DNA of 64,000 nt, from NCBI GenBank assembly GCA_976226885.1, contig OZ320321.1, forward strand, positions 15,066,001 to 15,130,000, read 5' to 3'. Positions 52,284 to 64,000 of this stretch are shown here, one piece after another (within the stretch, counting starts at the first letter, position 1; each line of letters opens with the position of its first letter). The notes below the pieces were generated by a model that ran no database searches, was not told where the DNA came from, and saw only the letters and a list, made by a program, of their open reading frames with translations. The position numbers were made by a program, and so were the translations under genes. Source of the stretch: Iphione sp. A-MEVVRFRX5. Its lineage: Eukaryota.

Positions 52284-53594
52284 ATGAAATTAATTCAAGT
52301 CAAAAAGACTTATTTTTTCATAATATTCAAACTGATCACCTTGTTGTCACTTTGTTTTGTATGTATAATTACTTGGACAGTTACAAGAAAAATCTCCCTG
52401 CAGCCTTCAGTGCATGTCCATGTAGAATTACCTGAATTGAAAAAGGAAAGTATAAGTTGTTCCAAATTATTTGATGAGGATGAAAAGGAGATTTTAAAGG
52501 CAGAACAACTGAGGAATAGTAAAAAGTTTTTTCCATCTGATTTGACATTGTATAGACTAGCAAGGAACTGTTCTGCTTTGCGGGCACTGGGTTATGCAAG
52601 CAGACCTCTCTCATCAGAGGAAGGGTCTTATCCAATTGCATTTGTTCTATTGATGCATGAAAAGACAATACAGGCAGAAAGGCTTTTACGTCTGCTCTAC
52701 CAACCACAGAATTACTACTGCTTACACATTGACCAAAAAGCTAAAAGGGAAGTACACCTTGCAATGGGAGCTATAGCAGCTTGTTTTCCAAATGTGTTTC
52801 TGTCATCTAAATTAGAAACTGTTATTTATGAACATTTTAGTTCACTCCAGGGTGATCTTAACTGCTTGTCTGACTTAATAAAAAGGGCAAGTGATTGGAT
52901 ATATCTGATTAATTTAGCAAGTAGTGTTCTGCCTCTCAAGACAAATCTAGAGATGGTTAAAGTGATGAAGATCTACAATGGAGCAAATGATATTGAAGGA
53001 AAGTCAAGTAATGCATTGCCAAAATATTCTTATAGACATAAATCCCATTATGTATGGCTTTTTGGCTGGGCTGTACCTATATACAAAAAATCTCCTCCTC
53101 CTTTTGGTATCAAGATCCAGCATGGTAGTACCTATGGGATATTCAGTCGCCAGTTTATAGAATTTATTTTCCATGATAAGCGGGCAAGAGCTCTATTAGA
53201 GTGGCTTAAGCACTGTTATGGACCTGATGAACAGTTCTTCACCAGCCTCCATCACTTGGAAAACAATGCAGACCTGCACACTCCAGGTGGTTATTATGGT
53301 GACCCAGGTAAGAAGGAATATTTGGCCAGTCATTCTGTGTGGCGTAATAAATACAACACTTGTGGTGGGAAATGGTCAAAACACCACATTTGTCTATTTG
53401 GTACAAGAGACTTGCACCATCTGACAAAAAGGAAGGAATTCTTTGCAAACAAATTTGATCCAGAGTTTGATGACATTCCAGAAATGTGCATTAGTGAATG
53501 GCTTGCTAACAAGACAGCTGGAAAAAGTGCAATGATAGATTTGTCATTTTATAGGAATCTGAAGTTTGTATTTCCTACAAAGTCCAGTGTTTAA
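52284..53594 (+). CDS. Core-2/I-branching beta-1,6-N-acetylglucosaminyltransferase-like (GT14/GCNT family), copy B, 436 aa
   Basis: Intact paralog of 41816..43126 with 16 amino-acid differences; its stop codon is the TAA of the piggyBac target TTAA. Confidence 0.95.
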   Translation: MKLIQVKKTYFFIIFKLITLLSLCFVCIITWTVTRKISLQPSVHVHVELPELKKESISCSKLFDEDEKEILKAEQLRNSKKFFPSDLTLYRLARNCSALRALGYASRPLSSEEGSYPIAFVLLMHEKTIQAERLLRLLYQPQNYYCLHIDQKAKREVHLAMGAIAACFPNVFLSSKLETVIYEHFSSLQGDLNCLSDLIKRASDWIYLINLASSVLPLKTNLEMVKVMKIYNGANDIEGKSSNALPKYSYRHKSHYVWLFGWAVPIYKKSPPPFGIKIQHGSTYGIFSRQFIEFIFHDKRARALLEWLKHCYGPDEQFFTSLHHLENNADLHTPGGYYGDPGKKEYLASHSVWRNKYNTCGGKWSKHHICLFGTRDLHHLTKRKEFFANKFDPEFDDIPEMCISEWLANKTAGKSAMIDLSFYRNLKFVFPTKSSV

Positions 53595-53984
53595 CCCAAT
53601 GACGGCGGTAGTATGCAAAAAGCACTCCCGCGGTGGAGCGGGACAGTGCATTTTTGCAGTCCCATGGGACGGCGAGAGAGTGCATTTTTGCATGTTTTTC
53701 AACATGATCTATAGAAAGTCATAATAATTGATCTCATATTAGGGTTTTTGTATTGATTTTTCATAAGATTATAGATTATAAAATTAGTAAAGTGTGTGGC
53801 CCATTGCGAGGTGATCTATGCTCTGTGACGTATAAAAGTTTTATTGAGATGACGTTGCGCGTTGTTGTTGGCTGCTGCAGCCTGAATTGCCCACCCAACT
53901 AGCAGACACTGCACTGTCTTCCTCTCCCTAGGACATTCATATTCATCATATAACCTTCCCATTTAATTTTGTTTGCTGGAAATT

Positions 53985-56069
53985 ATGGAGTATTCCTCCG
54001 ACACTGACTCTGAAGATGATATATGCCTCTCTAAGTTAAGACTGAGGGAGGAAGGCATAGGAGAAGACACAGATGCTGAATATATTGAAGAATCCACAGA
54101 TTCTGATGAGGATGAACCCATTGCAGATCTTGTCCTTCTATCAAGACAAAGAGAAAACCAAGAAGATCCAGTTTCTGATGAGGAAACAGAAGAGGAGGGG
54201 GAAGTTTCATGGCAAAAGGTACCTATGGGTACAGAATATGTGGAGAAGACACCCTTTGATGACTCAGAGACAGGAATCAATGAGGATATGAAGGTTGGCA
54301 AGGACAGCAAAGCCATACAATTTTTGCAGCTGTTCCTAACAACATCCCTGTTCACACACATTATGAACATGACCAACCTATATGCCTCTACCCACAGAGA
54401 GGAGGAACCAGAGAAACACAAGATGAATTGGCAACCAGTGGACCCTCATGACCTGTCTGGATTTTTTGGACTTGCCTTCATAGTGGGTTTGGTGAAGAAA
54501 CCTCAAATCAAAGACTACTGGTCTACACTTTTGGCCATAGCTACACCGGTGTTTGGGACAATGATGAAGAGAGACCGGTTTTGTCAGATTTTAAGGTATG
54601 TAGGCCTATACAACTATATAGATATTTATTCAAATATTTTGGATCGATTTAAGCTATGGTGCTTTCAGTTGAATGCATACTGGTATTATGGTCATCTATA
54701 CATTTCACAACTTTCCTATTTCATATTTCAAGTATCTCTGTGCATATGACCCTGCCAAAGTCCCAGGAAAAGATGATCCGGCTAACACCCCTACATGGAA
54801 AGTACAACACCTGGTGTCTGAGTTCAACAAGGCTGCCACTGCTACCTATACACCAAGGAGAGAATTGGCTGTTGATGAGTCTATGGTAGGATTCAAGGGC
54901 AGGATGAAAATGAAGCAGTATATGCCAAGGAAGCGTTCAAAGTGGGGCCTGAAGTGCTGGTGCCTGGCAGAATCAGCTACCGGTTAGTAATGATCTTGAT
55001 ATGACCACCATTATATTTTTTCATGTCTGTAAAATAGAAAATGGTTCAACCAGAATGATCATATTTAGAAATGAATTTATTTCAGAACGAAATTTATTTA
55101 TTTTCTCAATAGTCAGACTCTCTATTGTACATCTCTTCAGGATACATCCTGCAACTTGAACCCTACCATGGAAGAGAGGACCGTGGCCAGACTGGATTAG
55201 CAGAATTTGTGGTTGTACAACTGATGAAGACAGCTAGGTTGCGAGGAAAGGGATTCATTGTATTTCTAGACAATTTTTATACATTAGTGACTCTTCTCCA
55301 GAAACTGTCAAATTTCAACACTCTAGCATGTGGGACAGTGAGAAAGTCTAGGAAGCTGCTACCCAAAAACCTCATGACATCTAATCCTCCTGGACTGGGC
55401 ACAGGCAGAGGGTCAGTTATTTTCAGGAAATTAGGAGAAATCATTCTGACTCTTTGGAGGGACAAGGAGGTAGTTGGTGTCCTGTCAACTGCTCATGGCA
55501 CCACTATGGGAGAGACCACCAGGCTAATGAAAAACAAGGAGACTGGTCGGTTTGAGAGAACAATTGTCCCCTACCCTGACTCTGTAAAGGCATACACCAA
55601 GTGGATGGGTGGGTTAGACCTTGCCGATCAGCTAAAAGGGTATTACTATTTCAGTAGGAAAACAAAAAAATGGAATATAAAATCCTTTTGGCATCTGGTT
55701 GAAGTTTGCAAAGTAAATGCCAATATTTTGATGAACAAATTCCAGAAGAAACCTCAATCACTGCACAAATTTACCCTCTTACTGATTGATTGTCTACTGC
55801 AGAATGCCAATCCACCCCAGGTGACCAGGCCCCTCCCCCTAGCATTGTCCGACAACCGGTTGACCTCCAGGTGTTTACCCACTGCATATGATAGGAGGAG
55901 TGTTTGCAGAGTGTGCTATCATAGGCAAAAGAAGGGACTGATAGAGCGTGCTAGCCAGACTAAATATGGCTGTGACACCTGTCATGTGCACCTATGCATT
56001 CCTGTGTGTTTCAGGGCTTACCACACACAGAAGGATTTTGTCAATCATCCACTATGTAATGAAGCATAA
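53985..56069 (+). CDS. piggyBac transposase (PGBD4-like), 3 exons, ~597 aa
   Basis: Exons 53985-54599 (or 54595), 54733-54982, 55141-56069. Acidic N-terminus; DYWS, MKRDRF..IL, VDESM, KWGLK, LDNFY, GTVR, YTKWMGGLDLADQ; C-terminal CRD CRVC..CDTC..HLC..CF..YH. TATAAAA at 53831, AATAAA at 56096. Confidence 0.9.
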
Positions 56070-56479
56070 GCATGAAATGCACAAGAAGGAGATGCAATAA
56101 AATGTTCAAACTTACCTCTGTGTACTGCATTACAACTCCTTCTAGAGTAAATCCACTTATTAAATTGATCACAATATCCTGGCATAATCCACTGTCAGCA
56201 TAGCCATCCATGGTGAAATCAATTCATAGTGATAATCCATTTATAGTGGTAATCCATTTGTTCATGGTAATCCATATGTGATAATCCATGCACAGGAGTG
56301 GACATCATAATCTCAAGAGATGTGATGATACATGGAGTAAAAAATTAAAAACCTTGCCTCTCATGATATATTACTATCAGGTTTCAGACATGCCTCATTC
56401 AGTAAAGACTCAGTTTAAAAATAATCTACTGGACCATTTCCTCAAGAATACCATTGTGAATATGCACATAAAAAGATTA

Positions 56480-57560
56480 TGGAAGAAATTCAGTGTAAAT
56501 GTCTGTAAAAAAATCTTCAAATTTCTAGTTGGGGTTAGCCTATTCTGTGCATATATCCAGTGCGAAAAGAGCAATCCAGGGAGAAAACATTTCAGTCTGA
56601 CTCCAAAATTTACTTATTTCAATGCAAAATATTATTATGCTACCCAGAATTTGAACTGAATTTGTGTCTGAGAACAATCTGGTAGTCATAAATTTGGAAA
56701 TACTAAAACATAGTCACCATGAGTATGATTATCATATTAGGATGTTTTTTGTCTATTCTGTGCATAAGTCCAGTGTCCAGTCCAACCTAAGCAGTCCAGG
56801 GAGAAAACACCTCGATTTGGCTACAAAAATAAGTTATTTACATACACAATATGCTCGTTCCACCCAGAAAATCCATATTTTACTAAGGTGAGCCTAATTT
56901 CTGCCTAACAATTAATATCATATTCATAAACTATGATTCACTAAACACTCAACAGTATGATGCCTTTCCCCATTCTGTTCATATATCTAGTGCCAGCTTT
57001 GCCATCCAGGGAGAAAACAATAGCATTTGTCTTCAAAAAACAGTTAAATCCATGCAAAATGTGCTCATGCTACTCGAAATTCCATATTTTAATAATGCAA
57101 ACTGAGTTTCTGTCTGACAATTGCTCTCCTATTCATAAATTTTGAAATACTACCACATCATGTTATGACGTTTCTCTCCATTCTATTCATATATCCAGTG
57201 CCAGCTTAGCTATCCAGAGAGAAATATTTCGATTTGACTCCAATAATCACTCATATCCATGCAAAACATACTCATCCTATGCAAAATATCCATAATTTAC
57301 TCAAGTGAACTGAGTTTCTGTCTGACAATTGCTCTGCTTTTCATAAACTATGATTTACGAAACAATAGTGACAGTATGACGTTGTTAGTCTATTCTGTCC
57401 ATAGTTCAGTGCCAGCTACCCAGGGAGAAAACACCTCGATTTGACTCCAAAAATTAGTTAATTCAAAGGAAAATACCTTCATGCAATCCACAATATCCAC
57501 ATTTTACTAATATGAACTGAATTCCTGTCTGACAATGATCCTGGTAATCATAAACTCTAA
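56480..57560 (+). repeat. ~210-bp diverged tandem repeat (about 5 units) inside the piggyBac 3' region
   Basis: Anchor CCAG(G/A)GAGAAAA recurs at ~56577, ~56797, ~57006, ~57214, ~57420, most followed by TTTG(A/G)CT(C/A)CAA. Confidence 0.8.
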
Positions 57561-58809
57561 TTTACTAATGACAAGCCCAACCACAAGGACGAAAAGTCCG
57601 TTATGACGTTGCACACAGCACGCCCTCTATGGGAATATGCATGTAATACCCCTGCGCCGCCTGACGACTTGAAGTGCTACTACCCTTCGCGCCGTCAAAG
57701 GGTTAACTTTAATATCTATTGTTTATGTATGTAGTATAGCTGAATTGAATAACTAGAACTGGTGTAGATTTTTGTGCATTCATATCATATGATAGATCAT
57801 TTCTTTGCTTTGTGACTGTGACATGTTTTCCTGGATGTCTGACATAAATGATAGTATTTATGTACCTTATTCGTTAAAATCATTTGGTACTGCATTCTTT
57901 TACTGTGTCATCTTGTAGTACACAGCTGAAACAGAATAATGAATGACTATGAGCTGTTTGAGCATCCTTTTTATCCCCCCTCCCCTTTACCAGTCAAACT
58001 TGATTGGATAGTGCGGGTAACTAATGGCAGCTGTGAATTTAGATGTGTAAACTTAAGGTAACCACTAGGAGAGATTTATTTGTATGTCATATATATATGC
58101 TTATCAGCATTCTGTATTTACCATTATGGATCTTCATGATGACCCTCTTCTTAGGCAGTAACAGAACAATTTATTCATGAAACAATTCATATTGTATGGT
58201 GAACATTGGATCAAAAATTGCAAAACTGTGTTCCTTGAGAGCTCACTATAAACAAAATTAGATAAAAATAGTGTTTCAACCCTTAGAATTTTAATCAGCA
58301 GTCAATGCATTGTGGCAACTACAGGCAGGTTGTGGCTATTGCAAGACTGCAATGAGGCAAATTTACATAACTTACTCTGCTGACTCCAAGTCTAGCTCAA
58401 GAATCCAAGCCATACAATTGCTGGCTAATAAACCTATGACTGTTTGCTGCTAACTCTACTCTTGAGAACTGTATCTATATTCTCTAAATAAAAAGATAAT
58501 AAGGAAAATATGTGATTTGTCAAGACTCCTTCACTAAAACAATACATTCTTTTCAGTAACATGGTTTGTCTTGAAAGGTATCAAGTCTCTTCCTTTTTTC
58601 TTTCTCTCTTTTTCTCTCCTCTCTCGGTTTTTCCTTCTTTCTGTCTTTCTTTCTTTCTCTCTCCCTTTGCTTTTTTTGTGTAGTCATGTTTTCTCTATTG
58701 ATGAAGATCAGTTAATCCTTGAGGTGGACCTAAATAGCTCACAAAATCAAGTTTTTCTGTGCAAGAATTAGATTTATTTAAAATGCTGGGCATGGCTCTG
58801 TGTCTGACT

Positions 58810-60320
58810 CTTCTATGATCAGAGCAGAGTCAGGAAATGAGGGCTTTAGCCACAAGATGTCTTTTGTCTCCTCTGTGCAGAAGTCTCTGATGTTCTTGAA
58901 CACATACTATTGTCTCTTGGTGGACAAACCAGGGGAAGGAACAGGTAGGGGGGATTGGTTCTTGGGGAAAGCTTGGGGATAATTCTTTGAAAGTGTGTGG
59001 CTGGCTGTCTGCATACTGGTGGAAGGAATTAACCCTAGCATTCTGGTCTGAGAACTCAAAATGATGATGCTGCTTAATACTTTGCAAATGCTGGACAAAA
59101 GATGTATAGAAACTTTGTCAGTCATATGATGGCACTTCAACTTTTCCTAGCTCATTGCCAATGACTTAGGGAATGTTTACCTGACCCTAGGTACTCTTCA
59201 GTACTGTCTGAGATAACTCTGATAGGCTAAAGACAGGCTCCTACCAAAACTTCAGTTTCAGCAAACCAAACCACCAGTCAGGGGCAAACTTCATGTGGCT
59301 AGTAAAAAGAAAGTTAAAGGGGATTGTTCTGTGATCACCAGTCAGGACCCTCCACATGAGAACAGCTAGCACATAATTGTTCTTATTTTAGCCACTGCAG
59401 TTGGCACAGTGCAGATCAACAGAGTATGGCCCAAGATCAAACTTCTCAAAATAGTGATGCAGATAGGAGATGAGGGCATTGGTTTCCTTACTGCCACAGT
59501 GTCCCTCATCTATGAGAGAGTTGACTTGCTTGATTATAGTCTCATTACACATTCCAAAGATGTCCACTTTTTGCAAGCTAGGAAATACAGTGGACCTGAC
59601 TGCATTTGGAAAGAGGGCAGGTGGACCTGCTGGGTATAGTAAAAACTGATGTGAGTAGCTATGTCAACAGACCAGGGTGGGTGTTGACCAAGGGTAGGGG
59701 ACTTCCCAGTAGGCAGCCTTGACATTCTTCACCATATTCTGATAAAATGTCTTTTGCCCTGTTACTGCCTCCAGATGTCTCTATTGTCTCTTTAGTATTG
59801 CCACCTTGTCTACCTCAGGGAGATTACTAGATGAGGAAATGTTCCTGAAGTTACAGTGACATTCCCAATACAGGTCAGTCCTGGGGCAGGAACAAACTAT
59901 ACGGGGGAGAAATTGCAGCCACAGGTTCCAGAAAGTAGAGTCTGCTAAACACCTATACTGAGACTTCTCTATGGCTGCACAATACAGTTTGTAGATATAG
60001 GCCTTGATTGCAGATGAGGGGAGGAGGAAAATGTCATCTTGTTTGTGGGTAACTACATGCCAGAGGGTACAAGGTCGTTGGTCTCTGCATATGAAGTGAT
60101 GAACCCTATAACTCTCTCAACATCAGCGACGTGGGGTGTGTGCTGCCAGCCCTCTTAACATGGGGGACAACGCCGTTGTCCTTATACCATTGTATAATGT
60201 TGGCAATATTGATCAGGCTGATGCTGGAAGGTAAACTGAAACACCCTTAACATCTAACCAAGAGAGGAAGGCCATCTATGCAGTTAGGTTGTAATGTCTA
60301 ATTTGTGGGTGGTTACATAA
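58810..60320 (-). pseudogene. Decayed DUF7869-like transposase, copy B
   Basis: Paralog of 44230-45720; retains ISYLHHYFEKFDLG, which a 20-bp deletion removes in copy A. Confidence 0.7.
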
Positions 60321-61309
60321 TCCAAATTCATCACTACTCTGACATACTTATCTATTTACCCATACTGTTATCACTATAAATGCCTGAAAATTACATTCAT
60401 ATGGCACCTGGAAGGAAATAAAAGTACAAAGATGAATGATACTCATGCATACATTAATTTAAAGGTGTCCCTATAGATGGCCTTGGAACCAACCATGTAG
60501 TGGCTGCATGGAACAGGTCTCTCATGTTTCCCCTTCTCCCCCTTCTTCCACATTGATGTCATGGCACTAATGTCAGTGACAGTGCTTATTATGCCTTGCA
60601 GTAGCATGTCCTTCTCCTCCAGAAATAATGGGTATACGTGAGATCCATTAGACATGGATAGGATTGACATGGGAATGTTTTTTTTGCATGAGTGAAACTG
60701 ACAACTTGACAATAATGTTCAGCAGACATCAAATTAAAGTGATCTTCTGAGCTACACATCTTTACTAAAATTTGTATAATGGTTGCTGCTAGTCTTAATA
60801 AGCATTACAATAAGTTTGGGGAACAATAAGTACCTGAGGACAGCTGAAAAACTTCCTGCCATCACTCAGCCAACTCAGTCACCATGATCTGTTTACTGCA
60901 GCTGTCATCATTATACTGCTTGCAAGAACACCTACATCAAATGTTCACATAATTAGTTTCCCAGGGTTTGAGAAATTCTAAAATAGCCTGAAATACAAAT
61001 AAAATAATGGTGAAAAGCTATTCTAACATGTTCATGAGATACTTCAGAATGTCCATGAGGATTTACAAATACAGAGGTGATGTTTGACCTATTGTCAAAG
61101 GTGGACCCTCTGTCAGAGATATCGGTTAGGGTCATGGTAGGCCTTATGTCAAAGGTAGACCTTATGTCAAAGGTAGATGTCAAAGGAAGGCCTCTTTCTA
61201 AGGGTACCTTCCTGCAAAGGCTGGATCCACCTTTTGAGCCAGGGCTGGCATGAATTCCTAAAGTGGGGAAATTTTGAAGAGATGTGTGTAAGAGTTTGTA
61301 ACTTAACAC

Positions 61310-63330
61310 TTGTCATAAATTGGTTTATCCCTTATGCCAATTTATACATAATTATGCTATCTCACTAGAGGTCAGGTGGTAGCCATTACAGTACAATCAG
61401 ATGTATCAATGCCATTAACAACTGTATGGTATGGTAGATCAAACCATGGACAGGGAAACCTGATTCTTGTCCTAGACTTTGCAGTGAGCTGATTGTGTGC
61501 AAAGGTCACGGCATAAATCGTGTCTTGGTCATCCAAGACCATAAGATGTAGTTGAAGCTTCAGTAGATCTTTATTTCATGACTGTGCAGAAGACAATTCA
61601 GGGGCTTAAGCGTCAAGGTCCTCCTCCAGTGGGATGAAGTGATCTGAGAGTCACAGTGGTACTGTGCCCGTTTCCTGTCTCAGGACTAAATGTATCCAAG
61701 ACACAGAGGATCAGATGGTAGGTTGTAGCTGTTGTTTACAGGACACATCCACTTCCATAGAGGTTGTTGACATATGGGGGCAGTGCAAGCATCGCAGGAC
61801 ACCAGTATCCCTGTTTGTCCTGGCCAAGGTACATAATGCTAAAGGACATAGTTGGAAGATTACCACACACATGTATGCACCAGAAAGGTTAATTATTCAG
61901 CTAAGCTGCTACTTGGGTTCATTAACATTTTTCCATTAACATTACATTTGAGATCACTCCGGTAAATTTGACCATACTAGGGGCCCTATTTCCAAGCCAA
62001 AGTGGATGTCCACACAAGCATATGCAGGGCTTTAGCACCAGTAATACTAAACACTTGACATATCTGGACACAGTGTTTTGGAGCTTAGGGTTCCAAATGA
62101 TTCACTCCAATAAATCAGAGTGAACACAATTTGGTGGAGCTTCAGACCCTCAGTGAAAAAGGAGTGGAATTTTCCTTCCAACAGACCATAGTCAGTAGCA
62201 GCTTTGGAGCTAACTACTGTTACAAATGCGTGATCAACACATTGCTCATGACAGGAATGTCTGATGAATTGGGATTGCTCTCCAAGGCCATATTCATGAA
62301 GGACAGTGCTTTATAAAAGTGATGATGTCAGCAGACTCAATATAGCTTACATTACCATGAGGAAAAAGACAAAGGAATGGAAGACAGCACAACTCATGAC
62401 ATGACTATTTCTTAAAATAACCGATCAGAAAAGACTCCTCCTCAATGGCAAGAGCTTGAATCTCTAGTTCTTTCAAGCACCTTATACATTCAATCTCATA
62501 TACCAAGCCGCTGAAACACCACCTAACACTACCACTTCATCTTCACCTGAGACTATTATGGATAGAACTTCAAAAATATAACAACTGAAACTAACTAATG
62601 CTGTCCCCTAGGTTCCCTTTGTGAGAGTACAATAAAACATCATCACTTTTAAGCCATTCACCACAAACTACATGCCACTCAAGGTGGATGGAGTCTCCAG
62701 ACCAGATCAATCCTTCCAACTTCATTGATGACCACATAGCCATGCCCTACACAGCCTTGTTTGACACCCTCCCATGCTGGCATCAAGGAGAAGTCCCAGG
62801 AATCACTGAGGATGAGTTTGGGAGTGGTTCCCATCTTTGATCTGAACAAAGAGAAGAGGAACTGGCCTCTCTCCATTGAAGTTGGGAAACACCAGACTCA
62901 CTGTAATTTTGCCATAGCTCTGTCCACCACTGTCACATTACTGCTGTATGGAACCTTTCCTGCTATGGCGAACATAGTCTTGGCATATATTGTAGAGCTG
63001 GTCACTTAACTACTCTGTGCACTGGAGAGAGACAATTTCCTGACTGGAAATCATTTATATGTGGGAGTGGACTCTCCAACCACTACATCATTATCATCCA
63101 CAACTTAATAATAGTAACTTATAGTTATGTTCATGCTAATAGAAGAATACAAGGAAGTAATCCTGTCTGTGGATATTATTGTCTTGTTTGTATTAACAAA
63201 AGAACAGAGAGTATCTTACTGCAGTACTATATAGAAAGCTACTGTATTGATGAACTGTATTTGTATGATACAGTTGTAGATAGGGTGATTAATATATAAA
63301 GGTGAGGATTCATCCATACCTGTAAAACCA
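61310..63330 (+). mobile_element. Polinton/Maverick relic, copy C (more diverged; protease disrupted)
   Basis: Colinear with 46710-49238 minus the solo LTR; ~97% to ~61950, then ~88-90% with private deletions (estimates by eye). Confidence 0.75.
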
Positions 63331-63840
63331 CCTCATTGAGGCGTGCATTGGATGATTAATGATATTATTTCTGATCTTGTGTAGGATTTGATGTTCATCT
63401 CTGTATGCATTATTAGGAAGATATTGTAGACCTGTCATGGAGAAATAAGTGATGGAAAAGTGCTATTACATTATCATTTATGTACATGGACATACAAAGA
63501 TAATTACGAAACATTTAATCAAATATATATAATATCAATGTAAGCCAAGATTATATCAATAAATGTTCTAGATGATACATACAGTTGGTCCATTCACTTA
63601 CATTAGATGTTGAAAACATTTTTTCAGTTGGATTCTCCAGTGCTGGTTAAAAAATGAAATAAAAATTATGGAGGTTTTAAATCATTACTTTCATGTCCCT
63701 ATGACCATTTTGTAAAAGATCAACCACCTGCTCCACCCCAAGCTCCATCACATGCTTCACCACATAATCCACCACAGATTTCACCACAAGCTCCACCACA
63801 TGCTATACTACATGCACCATATGCTTACCATGTTTCAAAA

Positions 63841-64000
63841 GAATCGCCGACGGTATGGCCGATTTCCAAAGTGGCCGATGCTCAAAGTGGCCGACCATGT
63901 TCTTGTATGGCCGTGTGTTTTCGGGGCCAAATCTGTCTGTAGAATTGCATCAGTCTCAAAATGGCCGTTTTTGATGTTCTTATGTGGCCGAGCTATTCTC
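63841..64000. mobile_element. Unidentified CpG-rich element end with repeated TGGCCG(A) motifs, interrupting unit C
   Basis: Homology to units A/B stops abruptly after GTTTCAAAA (63840); six TGGCCG motifs in 160 bp; runs off the window. Confidence 0.45.

Larger units (their letters stand above)
53595..57702 (+). mobile_element. Full-length piggyBac DNA transposon, 4108 bp
   Basis: TTAA at 53591-94 and 57703-06; 13-bp TIR CCCAATGACGGCG / CGCCGTCAAAGGG (11/13 match); single-TTAA empty site at 43123-26 in copy A. Confidence 0.97.

Noticed and set aside
37640-63840. The whole unit as one intact Polinton that captured a glycosyltransferase
   Set aside because: No pPolB, integrase, terminal AGT repeats, TIRs or 6-bp TSD visible; the unit also contains unrelated LINE and DDE debris. 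Better explained as segmental duplication.

Overview
Animal (probably marine invertebrate) genomic DNA: AT-rich, spliceosomal introns, one 129-N gap. Two zones. (1) 1-36 kb: repeat-rich DNA (MITEs, a tRNA-derived SINE, two minisatellites) around a complete minus-strand NRF-6/OACYL-like O-acyltransferase gene, reconstructed by hand as 18 exons (32040..13350, about 754 aa). (2) 37.6-64 kb: a tandem array of ~10-kb units. Each unit carries a decayed Polinton/Maverick virion module (capsid + adenain protease), a PHA-type 12-bp repeat, a LINE RT scrap, an intact single-exon core-2/I-branching beta-1,6-GlcNAc transferase (GT14) and a decayed DUF7869-like transposase. Two units are near-complete; a third is truncated at 63840. 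The copies provide empty-site controls for two later insertions: a 454-bp solo LTR (GTAT TSD), and a 4108-bp, apparently intact, intron-containing piggyBac inserted into the TTAA that contains the stop codon of the second glycosyltransferase. All family assignments come from motif recognition by eye; no database search was run.
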